Shown piece after piece: positions 14,841-30,300 of a stretch of DNA of 64,000 nt. This DNA is from Eledone cirrhosa. Lineage: Eukaryota. The notes beneath the pieces are model-generated. The model did no database searches, was not told the DNA's origin, and worked only from the letters and a program-made list of their open reading frames with translations. Numbering within the stretch: position 1 is the first letter of the stretch; each line of letters begins with the position of its first letter. The position numbers and the translations under genes are program-made. Location: assembly GCA_964016885.1 (NCBI GenBank), contig OZ024741.1:361770001-361834000 (forward strand), read 5' to 3'.

Positions 14841-17070
14841 CCCTAGATACCTAAAGCATGTGTTTATGATGTCTCTCTTCCCTAGATACCAAAAGCATGT
14901 GTTTATGATATCTCTCTTCCCTAGATACCAGAAGCATGTGTTTATGATGTTTCTCATCCCTTGATACCACAAGCATGTGTTTATGATGTACCTCTTCCCT
15001 AGATACCTAAAGCATGTCTTTATGATGTTTCTCTTCCCTAGACACCTAAAGCATGTGTTTATGATGTCTCTCTTCCATTGATACATGGAGCATGTGTTTA
15101 TGATGTCTCTCTCTTCCCTTGATACATGGAGCATGTGTTTATGATGTCTCTCTTCCCTAGATACCTAAAGCATGTGTTTATGATGTCTCCCTTCCCTAGA
15201 TACCAGAAGCATGTGTTTATGATGTCTCCCTTCCCTAGATACCAGAAGCATGTGTTTATGATGTCTCTCTTCCCTAGATACCAGAAGCATATGTTTATGA
15301 TGTCTCTCTTCCCTAGATACCAGAAGCATGTGTTTATGATGTCTCTCTTTCCTAGATACCAGAAGCATGTGTTTATGATGTCTCTCTTCCCTAGACACCT
15401 AAAGCATGTGTTTATGATGTCTCTCTTCCATTGATACATGGAGCATGTGTTTATGATGTCTCTCTTCCCTTGATACATGGAGCATGTGTTTATGATGTCT
15501 CTCTTCCCTAGATACCTAAAGCATGTGTTTATGATGTCTCTCTTCCCTAGATACCAGAAGCACGTCTTTATGATGTCTCTCTTCCCTAGATACCAGAAGC
15601 ATTTGTTTATGATGTCTCTCTTCCCTACATACCAGAAGCATGTGTTTATGATGTCTCTCTTCCCTAGATACCAGAAGCATGTGTTTATGATGTTTCTCAT
15701 CCCTAGATACCCAAAGCATGTGTTTATGATGTCTCTCTTCCCTAGATACCAGAAGCATATGTTTATGATGTCTCTCTTCCCTAGATACCAGAAGCATGTG
15801 TTTATGACGTCTCTCTTTCCTAGATACCAGAAGCATGTGTTTATGATGTCTCTCTTCCCTAGACGTCACAAGCATGTGTTTATGATGTTTCTCATCCCTA
15901 GATACCAGAAGCATGTGTTTATGATGTTTCTCATCGCTAGATACCTAAAGCATGTGTTTATGATGGCTCTCTTCCTTAGATACCAGAAGCATGTGTTTAT
16001 GATGTCTCCCTTCCCTAGATACCAGAAGCATGTGTTTATGATGTCTCTCTTCCCTAGATACCAGAAGCATATGTTTATGATGTCTCTCTTCCCTAGATAT
16101 CACAAGCATGTGTTTATGATGTTTCTCATCCCTAGATACCTAAAGAATGTGTTTATGATGTCTCTCTTCCCTAGATACCTGAAGCATGTGTTTATGATGT
16201 TTCTCATCGCTAGATACCTAAAGCATGTGTTTATGATGTCTCTCTTCCCTAGATACCAGAAGCATGTGTTTATGATGTCTCCCTTCTCTAGATACCAGAA
16301 GCATGTGTTTATGATGTCTCTCTTCCCTAGATACCAGAAGCATATGTTTATGATATCTCTCTTCCATAGATACCAGAAGCATGTGTTTATGATGTCTCTC
16401 TTTACTAGATACCAGAAGCATGTGTTTATGATATCTCTCTTCCCTAGATATCACAAGCATGTGTTTATGATGTTTATTATCCCTGGATACCTAAAGTATG
16501 TCTTTATGATGTCTCTCTTCCCTAGATACCAGAAGCATGTGTTTATAATGTTTCTCATACCTAGATACCTAAAGCATGTGTTTATGATGTCTTTCTTCCC
16601 TAGATACCAGAAGCATGTGTTTATGATGTCTCTCTTCCCTAGATACTACGAGCATGTGTTTATGATGTCTCTCTTCCCTAGATACCAAAAGCATGTGTTT
16701 ATGATATCTCTCTTCCCTAGATACCAGAAGCATGTGTTTATGATGTTTCTCATCCCTAGATACCACAAGCATGTGTTTATGATGTCCCTCTTCCCTAGAT
16801 ACCTAAAGCATGTCATTATGATGTTTCTCTTCCCTAGACACCTAAAGCATGTGTTTATGATGTCTCTCTTCCATTGATACATGGAGCATGTGTTTATGAT
16901 GTCTCTCTTCCCTTGATACATGGTGCATGTGTTTATGATGTCTCTCTTCCCTAGATACCCAAAGCATGTGTTTATGATGTCTCTCTTCCCTACATACCAG
17001 AAGCATGTGTTTATGATGTCTCTCTTCGCTAGATACCAGAAGCATGTGTTTATGATGTTTCTCATCCCTA
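12700..17070. repeat. Higher-order tandem duplication, period 2225 bp (57 monomers + 2 bp)
   Basis: ORFs 12901/15126 and 13252/15477 are offset by 2225 and near identical. A CT insertion is shared at ~12881 and ~15106. Boundaries approximate. Confidence 0.85.
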
Positions 17071-17962
17071 GATACCTAAAGCATGTGTTTATGATGTCTC
17101 TCTTCCCTAGATACCAGAAGCATATGTTTATGATGTCTCTCTTCCCTAGATACCAGAAGCATGTGTTTATGACGTCTCTCTTTCCTAGATACCAGAAGCA
17201 TGTGTTTATGATGTCTCTCTTCCCTAGACATCACAAGCATGTGTTTATGATGTTTCTCATCCCTAGATACCACAAGCATGTGTTTATGATGTTTATCATC
17301 CCTGGATACCTAAAGCATGTCTTTATGATGTCTCTCTTCCCTAGATACCAGAAGCATGTGTTTATGATGTTTCTCATACCTAGATACCTAAAGCATGTGT
17401 TTATGATGTCTCTCTTCCCTAGATACCAGAAGCATGTGTTTATGATGTCTCTCTTCCCTAGATACCACGAGCATGTGTTTATGATGTCTCTCTTCCCTAG
17501 ATACCAAAAGCATGTGTTTATGATATCTCTCTTCCCTAGATACCAGAAGCATGTGTTTATGATGTTTCTCATCCCTAGATACCACAAGCATGTGTTTATG
17601 ATGTCCCTCTTCCCTAGATACCTAAAGCATGTCTTTATGATGTTTCTCTTCCCTAGACACCTAAAGCATGTGTTTATGATGTCTCTCTTCCATTGATACA
17701 TGGAGCATGTGTTTATGATGTCTCTCTTCCCTTGATACATAGTGCATGTGTTTATGATGTCTCTCTTCCCTAAACACCCAAAGCATGTGTTTATGATGTC
17801 TCTCTTCCCTAGATACCAGAAGCACGTATTTATGATGTCTCTCTTCCCTAGATACCAGAAGCATGTGTTTATGATGTCTCTCTTCCCTACATACCAGAAG
17901 CATGTGTTTATGATGTCTCTCTTCGCTAGATACCAGAAGCATGTGTTTATGATGTTTCTCAT

Positions 17963-20900
17963 CCCTAGATACCTAAAGCATGTGTTTATGATGTCTCTCT
18001 TCCCTAGATACCAGAAGCATATGTTTATGATGTCTCTCTTCCCTAGATACCAGAACCATGTGTTTATAACGTCTCTCTTTCCTAGATACCAGAAGCATGT
18101 GTTTATGATGTCTCTCTTCCCTAGATATCACAAGCATGTGTTTATGATGTTTCTCATCCCTAGATACCTAAAGAATGTGTTTATGATGTCTCTCTTCCCT
18201 AGATACCAGAAGCATGTGTTTATGATGTCTCTCTTCCATTGATACATGGAGCATGTGTTTATGATGTCTCTCTTCCCTTGATACATTGTGCATGTGTTTA
18301 TGATGTCTCTCTTCCCTAGATACCCAAAGCATGTGTTTATGGTGTCTCTCCTCCCTAGATACCAGAAGCACGTACTTATGATGTCTCTCTTCCCTAGATA
18401 CCAGAAGCATGTGTTTATGATGTCTCTCTTCCCTACATACCACAAGCATGTGTTTATGATGTCTCACTTCGCTAGATACCAGAAGCATGTGTTTATGATG
18501 TCTCTCTTTCCTAGATACCAGAAGCATGTGTTTATGATATGTCTCTTCCCTAGATATCACAAGCATGTGTTTATGATGTTTCTCATCGCTAGATACCTAA
18601 AGCATGTGTTTATGATGTCTCTCTTCCCTAGATACCAGAAGCATGTGTTTATGATGTCTCCCTTCCCTAGATACCAGAAGCATGTGTTTATGATGTCTCC
18701 CTTCCCTAGATACCAGAAGCATATGTTTATGATGTCTCTCTTCCCTAGATACCAGAAGCATGTGTTTATGATGTCTCTCTTCCCTAGATACCAGAAGCAT
18801 GTGTTTATGATGTTTCTCAACCCTAGATACCTAAAGCATGTGTTTATGATGTCTCTCTTCCCTAGATACCAGAAGCATATGTTTATGATGTCTCTCTTCC
18901 CTAGATACCAGAAGCATGTGTTTATGACGTCTCTCTTTCCTAGATACCAGAAGCATGTGTTTATGATGTCTCTCTTCCCTAGACATCACAAGCATGTGTT
19001 TATGATATTTCTCATCCCTAGATACCACAAGCATGTGTTTATGATGTCCCTCTTCCCTTGATACATGGAGAATGTGTTTATGATGTCTCTCTTCCCTAGA
19101 TACCTAAAGCATGTGTTTATGATGTCTCTCTTCCCTAGATACCAGAAGCATGTGTTTATGATGTCTCTCTTCCCTACATACCAGAAGCATGTGTTTATGA
19201 TGTCTCTCTTCCCTAGATACCAGAAGCATGTGTTTATGATGTTTCTCATCCCTAGATACCTAAAGCATGTGTTTATGATGTCTCTCTTCTCTAGATACCA
19301 GAAGCATATGTTTATGATGTCTCTCTTCCCTAGATACCAGAAGCATGTGTTTATGATGTCTCTCTTCCCTAGATACCAGAAGCATATGTTTATGATGTCT
19401 CTCTTCCCTAGATACCTAAAGCACGTATTTATGATGTCTTTCTTCCCTAGATACCAGAAGCATGTGTTTATGATGTCTCTCTTCCCTACATACCAGAAGC
19501 ATGTGTTTATGATGTCTCTCTTCCCTAGATACCAGAAGCATGTGTTTATGATGTTTCTCATCCCTAGATACCTAAAGCATGTGTTTATGATGTCTCTCTT
19601 TTCTAGATACCAGAAGCATATGTTTATGATGTCTCTCTTCCCTAGATACCAGAAGCATGTGTTTATGACGTCTCTCTTTCCTAGATACCAGAAGCATGTG
19701 TTTATGATGTCTCTCTTCCCTAGATACCAGAAGCATGTGTTTATGATGTTTCTCATCCCTAGATACCAGAAGCATGTGTTTATGATGTTTCTCAACCCTA
19801 GATACCTAAAGCATGTGTTTATGATGTCTCTCTTCCCTAGATACCAGAAGCATGTGTTTATGATGTCTCCCTTCCCTAGATACCAGAAGCATGTGTTTAT
19901 GATGTCTCTCTTCCCTAGATACCAGAAGCATATGTTTATGATGTCTCTCTTCCCTAGATACCAGAAGCATGTGTTTATGATGTCTCTCTTTCCTAGATAC
20001 CAGAAGCATGTGTTTATGATATCTCTCTTCCCTAGATATCACAAGCATGTGTTTATGATGTTTATCATCCCTGGATACCTAAAGCATGTCTTTATGATGT
20101 CTCTCTTCCCTAGATACCAAAAGCATGTGTTTATGATATCTCTCTTCCCTAGATACCAGAAGCATGTGTTTATGATGTTTCTCATCCCTTGATACCACAA
20201 GCATGTGTTTATGATGTCCCTCTTCCCTAGATACCTAAAGCATGTCTTTATGATGTTTCTCTTCCCTAGACACCTAAAGCATGTGTTTATGATGTCTCTC
20301 TTCCATTGATACATTGAGCATGTGTTTATGATGTCTCTCTTCCCTTGATACATGGAGCATGTGTTTATGATGTCTCTCTTCCCTAGATACCTAAAGCATG
20401 TGTTTATGATGTCTCTCTTCCCTAGATACCAGAAGCACGTATTTATGATGTCTCTCTTCCCTAGATACCAGAAGCATTTGTTTATGATGTCTCTCTTCCC
20501 TACATACCAGAAGCATGTGTTTATGATGTCTCTCTTCCCTAGATACCAGAAGCATGTGTTTATGATGTTTCTCATCCCTAGATACCTAAAGCATGTGTTT
20601 ATGATGTCTCTCTTCCCTAGATACCAGAAGCATATGTTTATGATGTCTCTTTTCCCTAGATACCAGAAGCATGTGTTTATGACGTCTCTCTTTCCTAGAT
20701 ACCAGAAGCATGTGTTTATGATGTCTCTCTTCCCTAGACATCACAAGCATGTGTTTATGATGTTTCTCATCCCTAGATACCTAAAGAATGTGTTTATGAT
20801 GTCTCTCTTCCCTAGATACCAGAAGCATGTGTTTATGATGTTTCTTATCGCTAGATACCTAAAGCATGTGTTTATGATGTCTCTCTTCCTTAGATACCAG

Positions 20901-23900
20901 AAGCATGTGTTTATGATGTCTCCCTTCCCTAGATACCAGAAGCATGTGTTTATGATGTCTCTCTTCCCTAGATACCAGAAGCATATGTTTATGATGTCTC
21001 TCTTCCCTAGATACCAGAAGCATGTGTTTATGATGTTTCTCAACCCTAGATACCTAAAGCATGTGTTTATGATGTCTCTCTTCCCTAGATACCAGAAGCA
21101 TATGTTTATGATGTCTCTCTTCCCTAGATACCAGAACCATGTGTTTATAACGTCTCTCTTTCCTAGATACCAGAAGCATGTGTTTATGATGTCTCTCTTC
21201 CCTAGATATCACAAGCATGTGTTTATGATGTTTCTCATCCCTAGATACCTAAAGAATGTGTTTACGATGTCTCTCTTCCCTAGATACCAGAAGCATGTGT
21301 TTATGATGTCTCTCTTCCATTGATACATGGAGCATGTGTTTATGATGTCTCTCTTCCCTTGATACATTGTGCATGTGTTTATGATGTCTCTCTTCCCTAG
21401 ATACCCAAAGCATGTGTTTATGGTGTCTCTCCTCCCTAGATACCAGAAGCACGTACTTATGATGTCTCTCTTCCCTAGATACCAGAAGCATGTGTTTATG
21501 ATGTCTCTCTTCCCTACATACCAGAAGCATGTGTTTATGATGTCTCACTTCGCTAGATACCAGAAGCATGTGTTTATGATGTCTCTCTTTCCTAGATACC
21601 AGAAGCATGTGTTTATGATATGTCTCTTCCCTAGATATCACAAGCATGTGTTTATGATGTTTCTCATCGCTAGATACCTAAAGCATGTGTTTATGATGTC
21701 TCTCTTCCCTAGATACCAGAAGCATGTGTTTATGATGTCTCCCTTCCCTAGATACCAGAAGCATGTGTTTATGATGTCTCCCTTCCCTAGATACCAGAAG
21801 CATATGTTTATGATGTCTCTCTTCCCTAGATACCAGAAGCATGTGTTTATGATGTCTCTCTTCCCTAGATACCAGAAGCATGTGTTTATGATGTTTCTCA
21901 ACCCTAGATACCTAAAGCATGTGTTTATGATGTCTCTCTTCCCTAGATACCAGAAGCATATGTTTATGATGTCTCTCTTCCCTAGATACCAGAAGCATGT
22001 GTTTATGACGTCTCTCTTTCCTAGATACCAGAAGCATGTGTTTATGATGTCTCTCTTCCCTAGACATCACAAGCATGTGTTTATGATATTTCTCATCCCT
22101 AGATACCACAAGCATGTGTTTATGATGTCCCTCTTCCCTTGATACATGGAGAATGTGTTTATGATGTCTCTCTTCCCTAGATACCTAAAGCATGTGTTTA
22201 TGATGTCTCTCTTCCCTAGATACCAGAAGCATGTGTTTATGATGTCTCTCTTCCCTACATACCAGAAGCATGTGTTTATGATGTCTCTCTTCCCTAGATA
22301 CCAGAAGCATGTGTTTATGATGTTTCTCATCCCTAGATACCTAAAGCATGTGTTTATGATGTCTCTCTTCTCTAGATACCAGAAGCATATGTTTATGATG
22401 TCTCTCTTCCCTAGATACCAGAAGCATGTGTTTATGATGTCTCTCTTCCCTAGATACCAGAAGCATATGTTTATGATGTCTCTCTTCCCTAGATACCTAA
22501 AGCACGTATTTATGATGTCTTTCTTCCCTAGATACCAGAAGCATGTGTTTATGATGTCTCTCTTCCCTACATACCAGAAGCATGTGTTTATGATGTCTCT
22601 CTTCCCTAGATACCAGAAGCATGTGTTTATGATGTTTCTCATCCCTAGATACCTAAAGCATGTGTTTATGATGTCTCTCTTTTCTAGATACCAGAAGCAT
22701 ATGTTTATGATGTCTCTCTTCCCTAGATACCAGAAGCATGTGTTTATGACGTCTCTCTTTCCTAGATACCAGAAGCATGTGTTTATGATGTCTCTCTTCC
22801 CTAGATACCAGAAGCATGTGTTTATGATGTTTCTCATCCCTAGATACCAGAAGCATGTGTTTATGATGTTTCTCAACCCTAGATACCTAAAGCATGTGTT
22901 TATGATGTCTCTCTTCCCTAGATACCAGAAACATGTGTTTATGATGTCTCCCTTCCCTAGATACCAGAAGCATGTGTTTATGATGTCTCTCTTCCCTAGA
23001 TACCAGAAGCATATGTTTATGATGTCTCTCTTCCCTAGATACCAGAAGCATGTGTTTATGATGTCTCTCTTTCCTAGATACCAGAAGCATGTGTTTATGA
23101 TATCTCTCTTCCCTAGATATCACAAGCATGTGTTTATGATGTTTATCATCCCTGGATACCTAAAGCATGTCTTTATGATGTCTCTCTTCCCTAGATACCA
23201 AAAGCATGTGTTTATGATATCTCTCTTCCCTAGATACCAGAAGCATGTGTTTATGATGTTTCTCATCCCTTGATACCACAAGCATGTGTTTATGATGTCC
23301 CTCTTCCCTAGATACCTAAAGCATGTCTTTATGATGTTTCTCTTCCCTAGACACCTAAAGCATGTGTTTATGATGTCTCTCTTCCATTGATACATTGAGC
23401 ATGTGTTTATGATGTCTCTCTTCCCTTGATACATGGAGCATGTGTTTATGATGTCTCTCTTCCCTAGATACCTAAAGCATGTGTTTATGATGTCTCTCTT
23501 CCCTAGATACCAGAAGCACGTATTTATGATGTCTCTCTTCCCTAGATACCAGAAGCATTTGTTTATGATGTCTCTCTTCCCTACATACCAGAAGCATGTG
23601 TTTATGATGTCTCTCTTCCCTAGATACCAGAAGCATGTGTTTATGATGTTTCTCATCCCTAGATACCTAAAGCATGTGTTTATGATGTCTCTCTTCCCTA
23701 GATACCAGAAGCATATGTTTATGATGTCTCTTTTCCCTAGATACCAGAAGCATGTGTTTATGACGTCTCTCTTTCCTAGATACCAGAAGCATGTGTTTAT
23801 GATGTCTCTCTTCCCTAGACATCACAAGCATGTGTTTATGATGTTTCTCATCCCTAGATACCTAAAGAATGTGTTTATGATGTCTCTCTTCCCTAGATAC

Positions 23901-24217
23901 CAGAAGCATGTGTTTATGATGTTTCTTATCGCTAGATACCTAAAGCATGTGTTTATGATGTCTCTCTTCCTTAGATACCAGAAGCATGTGTTTATGATGT
24001 CTCCCTTCCCTAGATACCAGAAGCATGTGTTTATGATGTCTCTCTTCCCTAGATACCAGAAGCATATGTTTATGATGTCTCTCTTCCCTAGATACCAGAA
24101 GCATGTGTTTATGATGTTTCTCAACCCTAGATACCTAAAGCATGTGTTTATGATGTCTCTCTTCCCTAGATACCAGAAGCATATGTTTATGATGTCTCTC
24201 TTCCCTAGATACCAGAA
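17963..24217. repeat. Higher-order tandem duplication, period 3081 bp (79 monomers)
   Basis: ORFs 18288/21369, 19065/22146 and 20352/23433 are offset by 3081. Only isolated SNP differences seen (e.g. ~18443 vs ~21524, ~19850 vs ~22931). Confidence 0.9.
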
Positions 24218-27200
24218 GCATGTGTTTATGACGTCTCTCTTTCCTAGATACCAGAAGCATGTGTTTATGATGTCTCTCTTCCCTAGACATCACAAGCATG
24301 TGTTTATGATATTTCTCATCCCTAGATACCACAAGCATGTGTTTATGATGTCCCTCTTCCCTAGATACCTAAAGCATGTCTTTATGATGTTTCTCTTCCC
24401 TAGACACCTAAAGCATGTGTTTATGATGTCTCTCTTCCATTGATACATGGAGCATGTGTTTATGATGTCTCTCTTCCCTTGATACATGGAGAATGTGTTT
24501 ATGATGTCTCTCTTCCCTAGATACCTAAAGCATGTGTTTATGATGTCTCTCTTCCCTAGATACCAGAAGCACGTATTTATGATGTCTCTCTTCCCTAGAT
24601 ACCAGAAGCATGTGTTTATGATGTCTCTCTTCCCTACATACCAGAAGCATGTGTTTATGATGTCTCTCTTCCCTAGATACCAGAAGCATGTGTTTATGAT
24701 GTTTCTCATCCCTAGATACCTAAAGCATGTGTTTATGATGTCTCTCTTCTCTAGATACCAGAAGCATATGTTTATGATGTCTCTCTTCCCTAGATACCAG
24801 AAGCATGTGTTTATGACGTCTCTCTTTCCTAGATACCAGAAGCATGTGTTTATGATGTCTCTCTTCCCTAGATACCAGAAGCATGTGTTTATGATGTTTC
24901 TCATCCCTAGATACCAGAAGCATGTGTTTATGATGTTTCTCAACCCTAGATACCTAAAGCATGTGTTTATGATGTCTCTCTTCCCTAGATACCAGAAGCA
25001 TGTGTTTATGATGTCTCCCTTCCCTAGATACCAGAAGCATGTGTTTATGATGTCTCTCTTCCCTAGATACCAGAAGCATATGTTTATGATGTCTCTCTTC
25101 CCTAGATACCAGAAGCATGTGTTTATGATGTCTCTCTTTCCTAGATACCAGAAGCATGTGTTTATGATATCTCTCTTCCCTAGATATCACAAGCATGTGT
25201 TTATGATGTTTATCATCCCTGGATACCTAAAGCATGTCTTTATGATGTCTCTCTTCCCTAGATACCAAAAGCATGTGTTTATGATATCTCTCTTCCCTAG
25301 ATACCAGAAGCATGTGTTTATGATGTTTCTCATCCCTTGATACCACAAGCATGTGTTTATGATGTCCCTCTTCCCTAGATACCTAAAGCATGTCTTTATG
25401 ATGTTTCTCTTCCCTAGACACCTAAAGCATGTGTTTATGATGTCTCTCTTCCATTGATACATGGAGCATGTGTTTATGATGTCTCTCTTCCCTTGATACA
25501 TGGAGCATGTGTTTATGATGTCTTTCTTCCCTAGATACCTAAAGCATGTGTTTATGATGTCTCTCTTCCCTAGATACCAGAAGCACGTATTTATGATGTC
25601 TCTCTTCCCTAGATACCAGAAGCATTTGTTTATGATGTCTCTCTTCCCTACATACCAGAAGCATGTGTTTATGATGTCTCTCTTCCCTAGATACCAGAAG
25701 CATGTGTTTATGATGTTTCTCATCCCTAGATACCTAAAGCATGTGTTTATGATGTCTCTCTTCCCTAGATACAAGAAGCATATGTTTATGATGTCTCTTT
25801 TCCCTAGATACCAGAAGCATGTGTTTATGACGTCTCTCTTTCCTAGATACCAGAAGCATGTGTTTATGATGTCTCTCTTCCCTAGACATCACAAGCATGT
25901 GTTTATGATGTTTCTCATCCCTAGATACCTAAAGAATGTGTTTATGATGTCTCTCTTCCCTAGATACCAGAAGCATGTGTTTATGATGTTTCTTATCGCT
26001 AGATACCTAAAGCATGTGTTTATGATGTCTCTCTTCCTTAGATACCAGAAGCATGTGTTTATGATGTCTCCCTTCCCTAGATACCAGAAGCATGTGTTTA
26101 TGATGTCTCTCTTCCCTAGATACCAGAAGCATATGTTTATGATGTCTCTCTTCCCTAGATATCACAAGCATGTGTTTAGATGTTTCTCATCCCTAGATAC
26201 CTAAAGAATGTGTTTATGATGTCTCTCTTCCCTAGATACCTGAAGCATGTGTTTATGATGTCTCTCTTCCCTAGATACCAGAAGCATATGTTTATGATGT
26301 CTCTCTTCCCTAGATACCAGAAGCATGTGTTTATGATGTCTCTCTTTCCTAGATACCAGAAGCATGTGTTTATGATATCTCTCTTCCCTAGATATCACAA
26401 GCATGTGTTTATGATGTTTATCATCCCTGGATACCTAAAGCATGTCTTTATGATGTCTCTCTTCCCTAGATACCAGAAGCATGTGTTTATGATGTTTCTC
26501 ATACCTAGATACCTAAAGCATGTGTTTATGATGTCTCTCTTCCCTAGATACCAGAAGCATGTGTTTATGATGTCTCTCTTCCCTAGATACCACGAGCATG
26601 TGTTTATGATGTCTCTCTTCCCTAGATACCAAAAGCATGTGTTTATGATATCTTTCTTCCCTACATACCAGAAGCATGTGTTTATGATGTTTCTCATCCC
26701 TAGATACCACAAGCATGTGTTTATGATGTCCCTCTTCCCTAGATACCTAAAGCATGTCTTTATGATGTTTCTCTTCCCTAGACACCTAAAGCATGTGTTT
26801 ATGATGTCTCTCTTCCATTGATACATGGAGCATGTGTTTATGATGTCTCTCTTCCCTTGATACATAGTGCATGTGTTTATGATGTCTCTCTTCCCTAAAC
26901 ACCCAAAGCATGTGTTTATGATGTCTCTCTTCCCTAGATACCAGAAGCACGTATTTATGATGTCTCTCTTCCCTAGATACCAGAAGCATGTGTTTATGAT
27001 GTCTCTCTTCCCTACATAGCAGAAGCATGTGTTTATGATGTCTCTCTTCGCTAGATACCAGAAGCATGTGTTTATGATGTTTCTCATCCCTAGATACCTA
27101 AAGCATGTGTTTATGATGTCTCTCTTCCCTAGATACCAGAAGCATATGTTTATGATGTCTCTCTTCCCTAGATACCAGAACCATGTGTTTATAACGTCTC

Positions 27201-27374
27201 TCTTTCCTAGATACCAGAAGCATGTGTTTATGATGTCTCTCTTCCCTAGATATCACAAGCATGTGTTTATGATGTTTCTCATCCCTAGATACCTAAAGAA
27301 TGTGTTTATGATGTCTCTCTTCCCTAGATACCAGAAGCATGTGTTTATGATGTCTCTCTTCCATTGATACATGG

Positions 27375-30300
27375 AGCATGTGTTTATGATGTCTCTCTTC
27401 CCTTGATACATTGTGCATGTGTTTATGATGTCTCTCTTCCCTAGATACCCAAAGCATGTGTTTATGGTGTCTCTCCTCCCTAGATACCAGAAGCACGTAC
27501 TTATGATGTCTCTCTTCCCTAGATACCAGAAGCATGTGTTTATGATGTCTCTCTTCCCTACATACCAGAAGCATGTGTTTATGATGTCTCACTTCGCTAG
27601 ATACCAGAAGCATGTGTTTATGATGTCTCTCTTTCCTAGATACCAGAAGCATGTGTTTATGATATCTCTCTTCCCTAGATATCACAAGCATGTGTTTATG
27701 ATGTTTCTCATCGCTAGATACCTAAAGCATGTGTTTATGATGTCTCTCTTCCCTAGATACCAGAAGCATGTGTTTATGATGTCTCCCTTCCCTAGATACC
27801 AGAAGCATGTGTTTATGATGTCTCCCTTCCCTAGATACCAGAAGCATATCTTTATGATGTCTCTCTTCCCTAGATACCAGAAGCATGTGTTTATGATGTC
27901 TCTCTTCCCTAGATACCAGAAGCATGTGTTTATGATGTTTCTCAACCCTAGATACCTAAAGCATGTGTTTATGATGTCTCTCTTCCCTAGATACCAGAAG
28001 CATATGTTTATGATGTCTCTCTTCCCTAGATACCAGAAGCATGTGTTTATGACGTCTCTCTTTCCTAGATACCAGAAGCATGTGTTTATGATGTCTCTCT
28101 TCCCTAGACATCACAAGCATGTGTTTATGATATTTCTCATCCCTAGATACCACAAGCATGTGTTTATGATGTCCCTCTTCCCTAGATACCTAAAGCATGT
28201 CTTTATGATGTTTCTCTTCCCTAGACACCTAAAGCATGTGTTTATGATGTCTCTCTTCCATTGATACATGGAGCATGTGTTTATGATGTCTCTCTTCCCT
28301 TGATACATGGAGAATGTGTTTATGATGTCTCTCTTCCCTAGATACCTAAAGCATGTGTTTATGATGTCTCTCTTCCCTAGATACCAGAAGCACGTATTTA
28401 TGATGTCTCTCTTCCCTAGATACCAGAAGCATGTGTTTATGATGTCTCTCTTCCCTACATACCAGAAGCATGTGTTTATGATGTCTCTCTTCCCTAGATA
28501 CCAGAAGCATGTGTTTATGATGTTTCTCATCCCTAGATACCTAAAGCATGTGTTTATGATATCTCTCTTCCCTAGATACCAGAAGCATATGTTTATGATG
28601 TCTCTCTTCCCTAGATACCAGAACCATGTGTTTATAACGTCTCTCTTTCCTAGATACCAGAAGCATGTGTTTATGATGTCTCTCTTCCCTAGATATCACA
28701 AGCATGTGTTTATGATGTTTCTCATCCCTAGATACCTAAAGAATGTGTTTATGATGTCTCTCTTCCCTAGATACCAGAAGCATGTGTTTATGATGTTTCT
28801 CAACCCTAGATACCTAAAGCATGTGTTTATGATGTCTCTCTTCCCTAGATACCAGAAGCATGTGTTTATGATGTCTCCCTTCCCTAGATACCAGAAGCAT
28901 GTGTTTATGATGTCTCTCTTCCCTAGATACCAGAAGCATATGTTTATGATGTCTCTCTTCCCTAGATACCAGAAGCATGTGTTTATGATGTCTCTCTTTC
29001 CTAGATACCAGAAGCATGTGTTTATGATATCTCTCTTCCCTAGATATCACAAGCATGTGTTTATGATGTTTATCATCCCTGGATACCTAAAGCATGTCTT
29101 TATGATGTCTCTCTTCCCTAGATACCAAAAGCATGTGTTTATGATATCTCTCTTCCCTAGATACCAGAAGCATGTGTTTATGATGTTTCTCATCCCTTGA
29201 TACCACAAGCATGTGTTTATGATGTCCCTCTTCCCTAGATACCTAAAGCATGTCTTTATGATGTTTCTCTTCCCTAGACACCTAAAGCATGTGTTTATGA
29301 TGTCTCTCTTCCATTGATACATGGAGCATGTGTTTATGATGTCTCTCTTCCCTAGATACCTAAAGCATGTGTTTATGATGTCTCTCTTCCCTAGATACCA
29401 GAAGCACGTATTTATGATGTCTCTCTTCCCTAGATACCAGAAGCATTTGTTTATGATGTCTCTCTTCCCTACATACCAGAAGCATGTGTTTATGATGTCT
29501 CTCTTCCCTAGATACCAGAAGCATGTGTTTATGATGTTTCTCATCCCTAGATACCTAAAGCATGTGTTTATGATGTCTCTCTTCCCTAGATACCAGAAGC
29601 ATATGTTTATGATGTCTCTTTTCCCTAGATACCAGAAGCATGTGTTTATGACGTCTCTCTTTCCTAGATACCAGAAGCATGTGTTTATGATGTCTCTCTT
29701 CCCTAGACATCACAAGCATGTGTTTATGATGTTTCTCATCCCTAGATACCTAAAGAATGTGTTTATGATGTCTCTCTTCCCTAGATACCAGAAGCATGTG
29801 TTTATGATGTTTCTTATCGCTAGATACCTAAAGCATGTGTTTATGATGTCTCTCTTCCTTAGATACCAGAAGCATGTGTTTATGATGTCTCCCTCCCCTA
29901 GATACCAGAAGCATGTGTTTATGATGTCTCTCTTCCCTAGATACCAGAAGCATATGTTTATGATGTCTCTCTTCCCTAGATATCACAAGCATGTGTTTAG
30001 ATGTTTCTCATCCCTAGATACCTAAAGAATGTGTTTATGATGTCTCTCTTCCCTAGATACCTGAAGCATGTGTTTATGATGTCTCTCTTCCCTAGATACC
30101 AGAAGCATATGTTTATGATGTCTCTCTTCCCTAGATACCAGAAGCATGTGTTTATGATGTCTCTCTTTCCTAGATACCAGAAGCATGTGTTTATGATATC
30201 TCTCTTCCCTAGATATCACAAGTATGTGTTTATGATGTTTATCATCCCTGGATACCTAAAGCATGTCTTTATGATGTCTCTCTTCCCTAGATACCAGAAG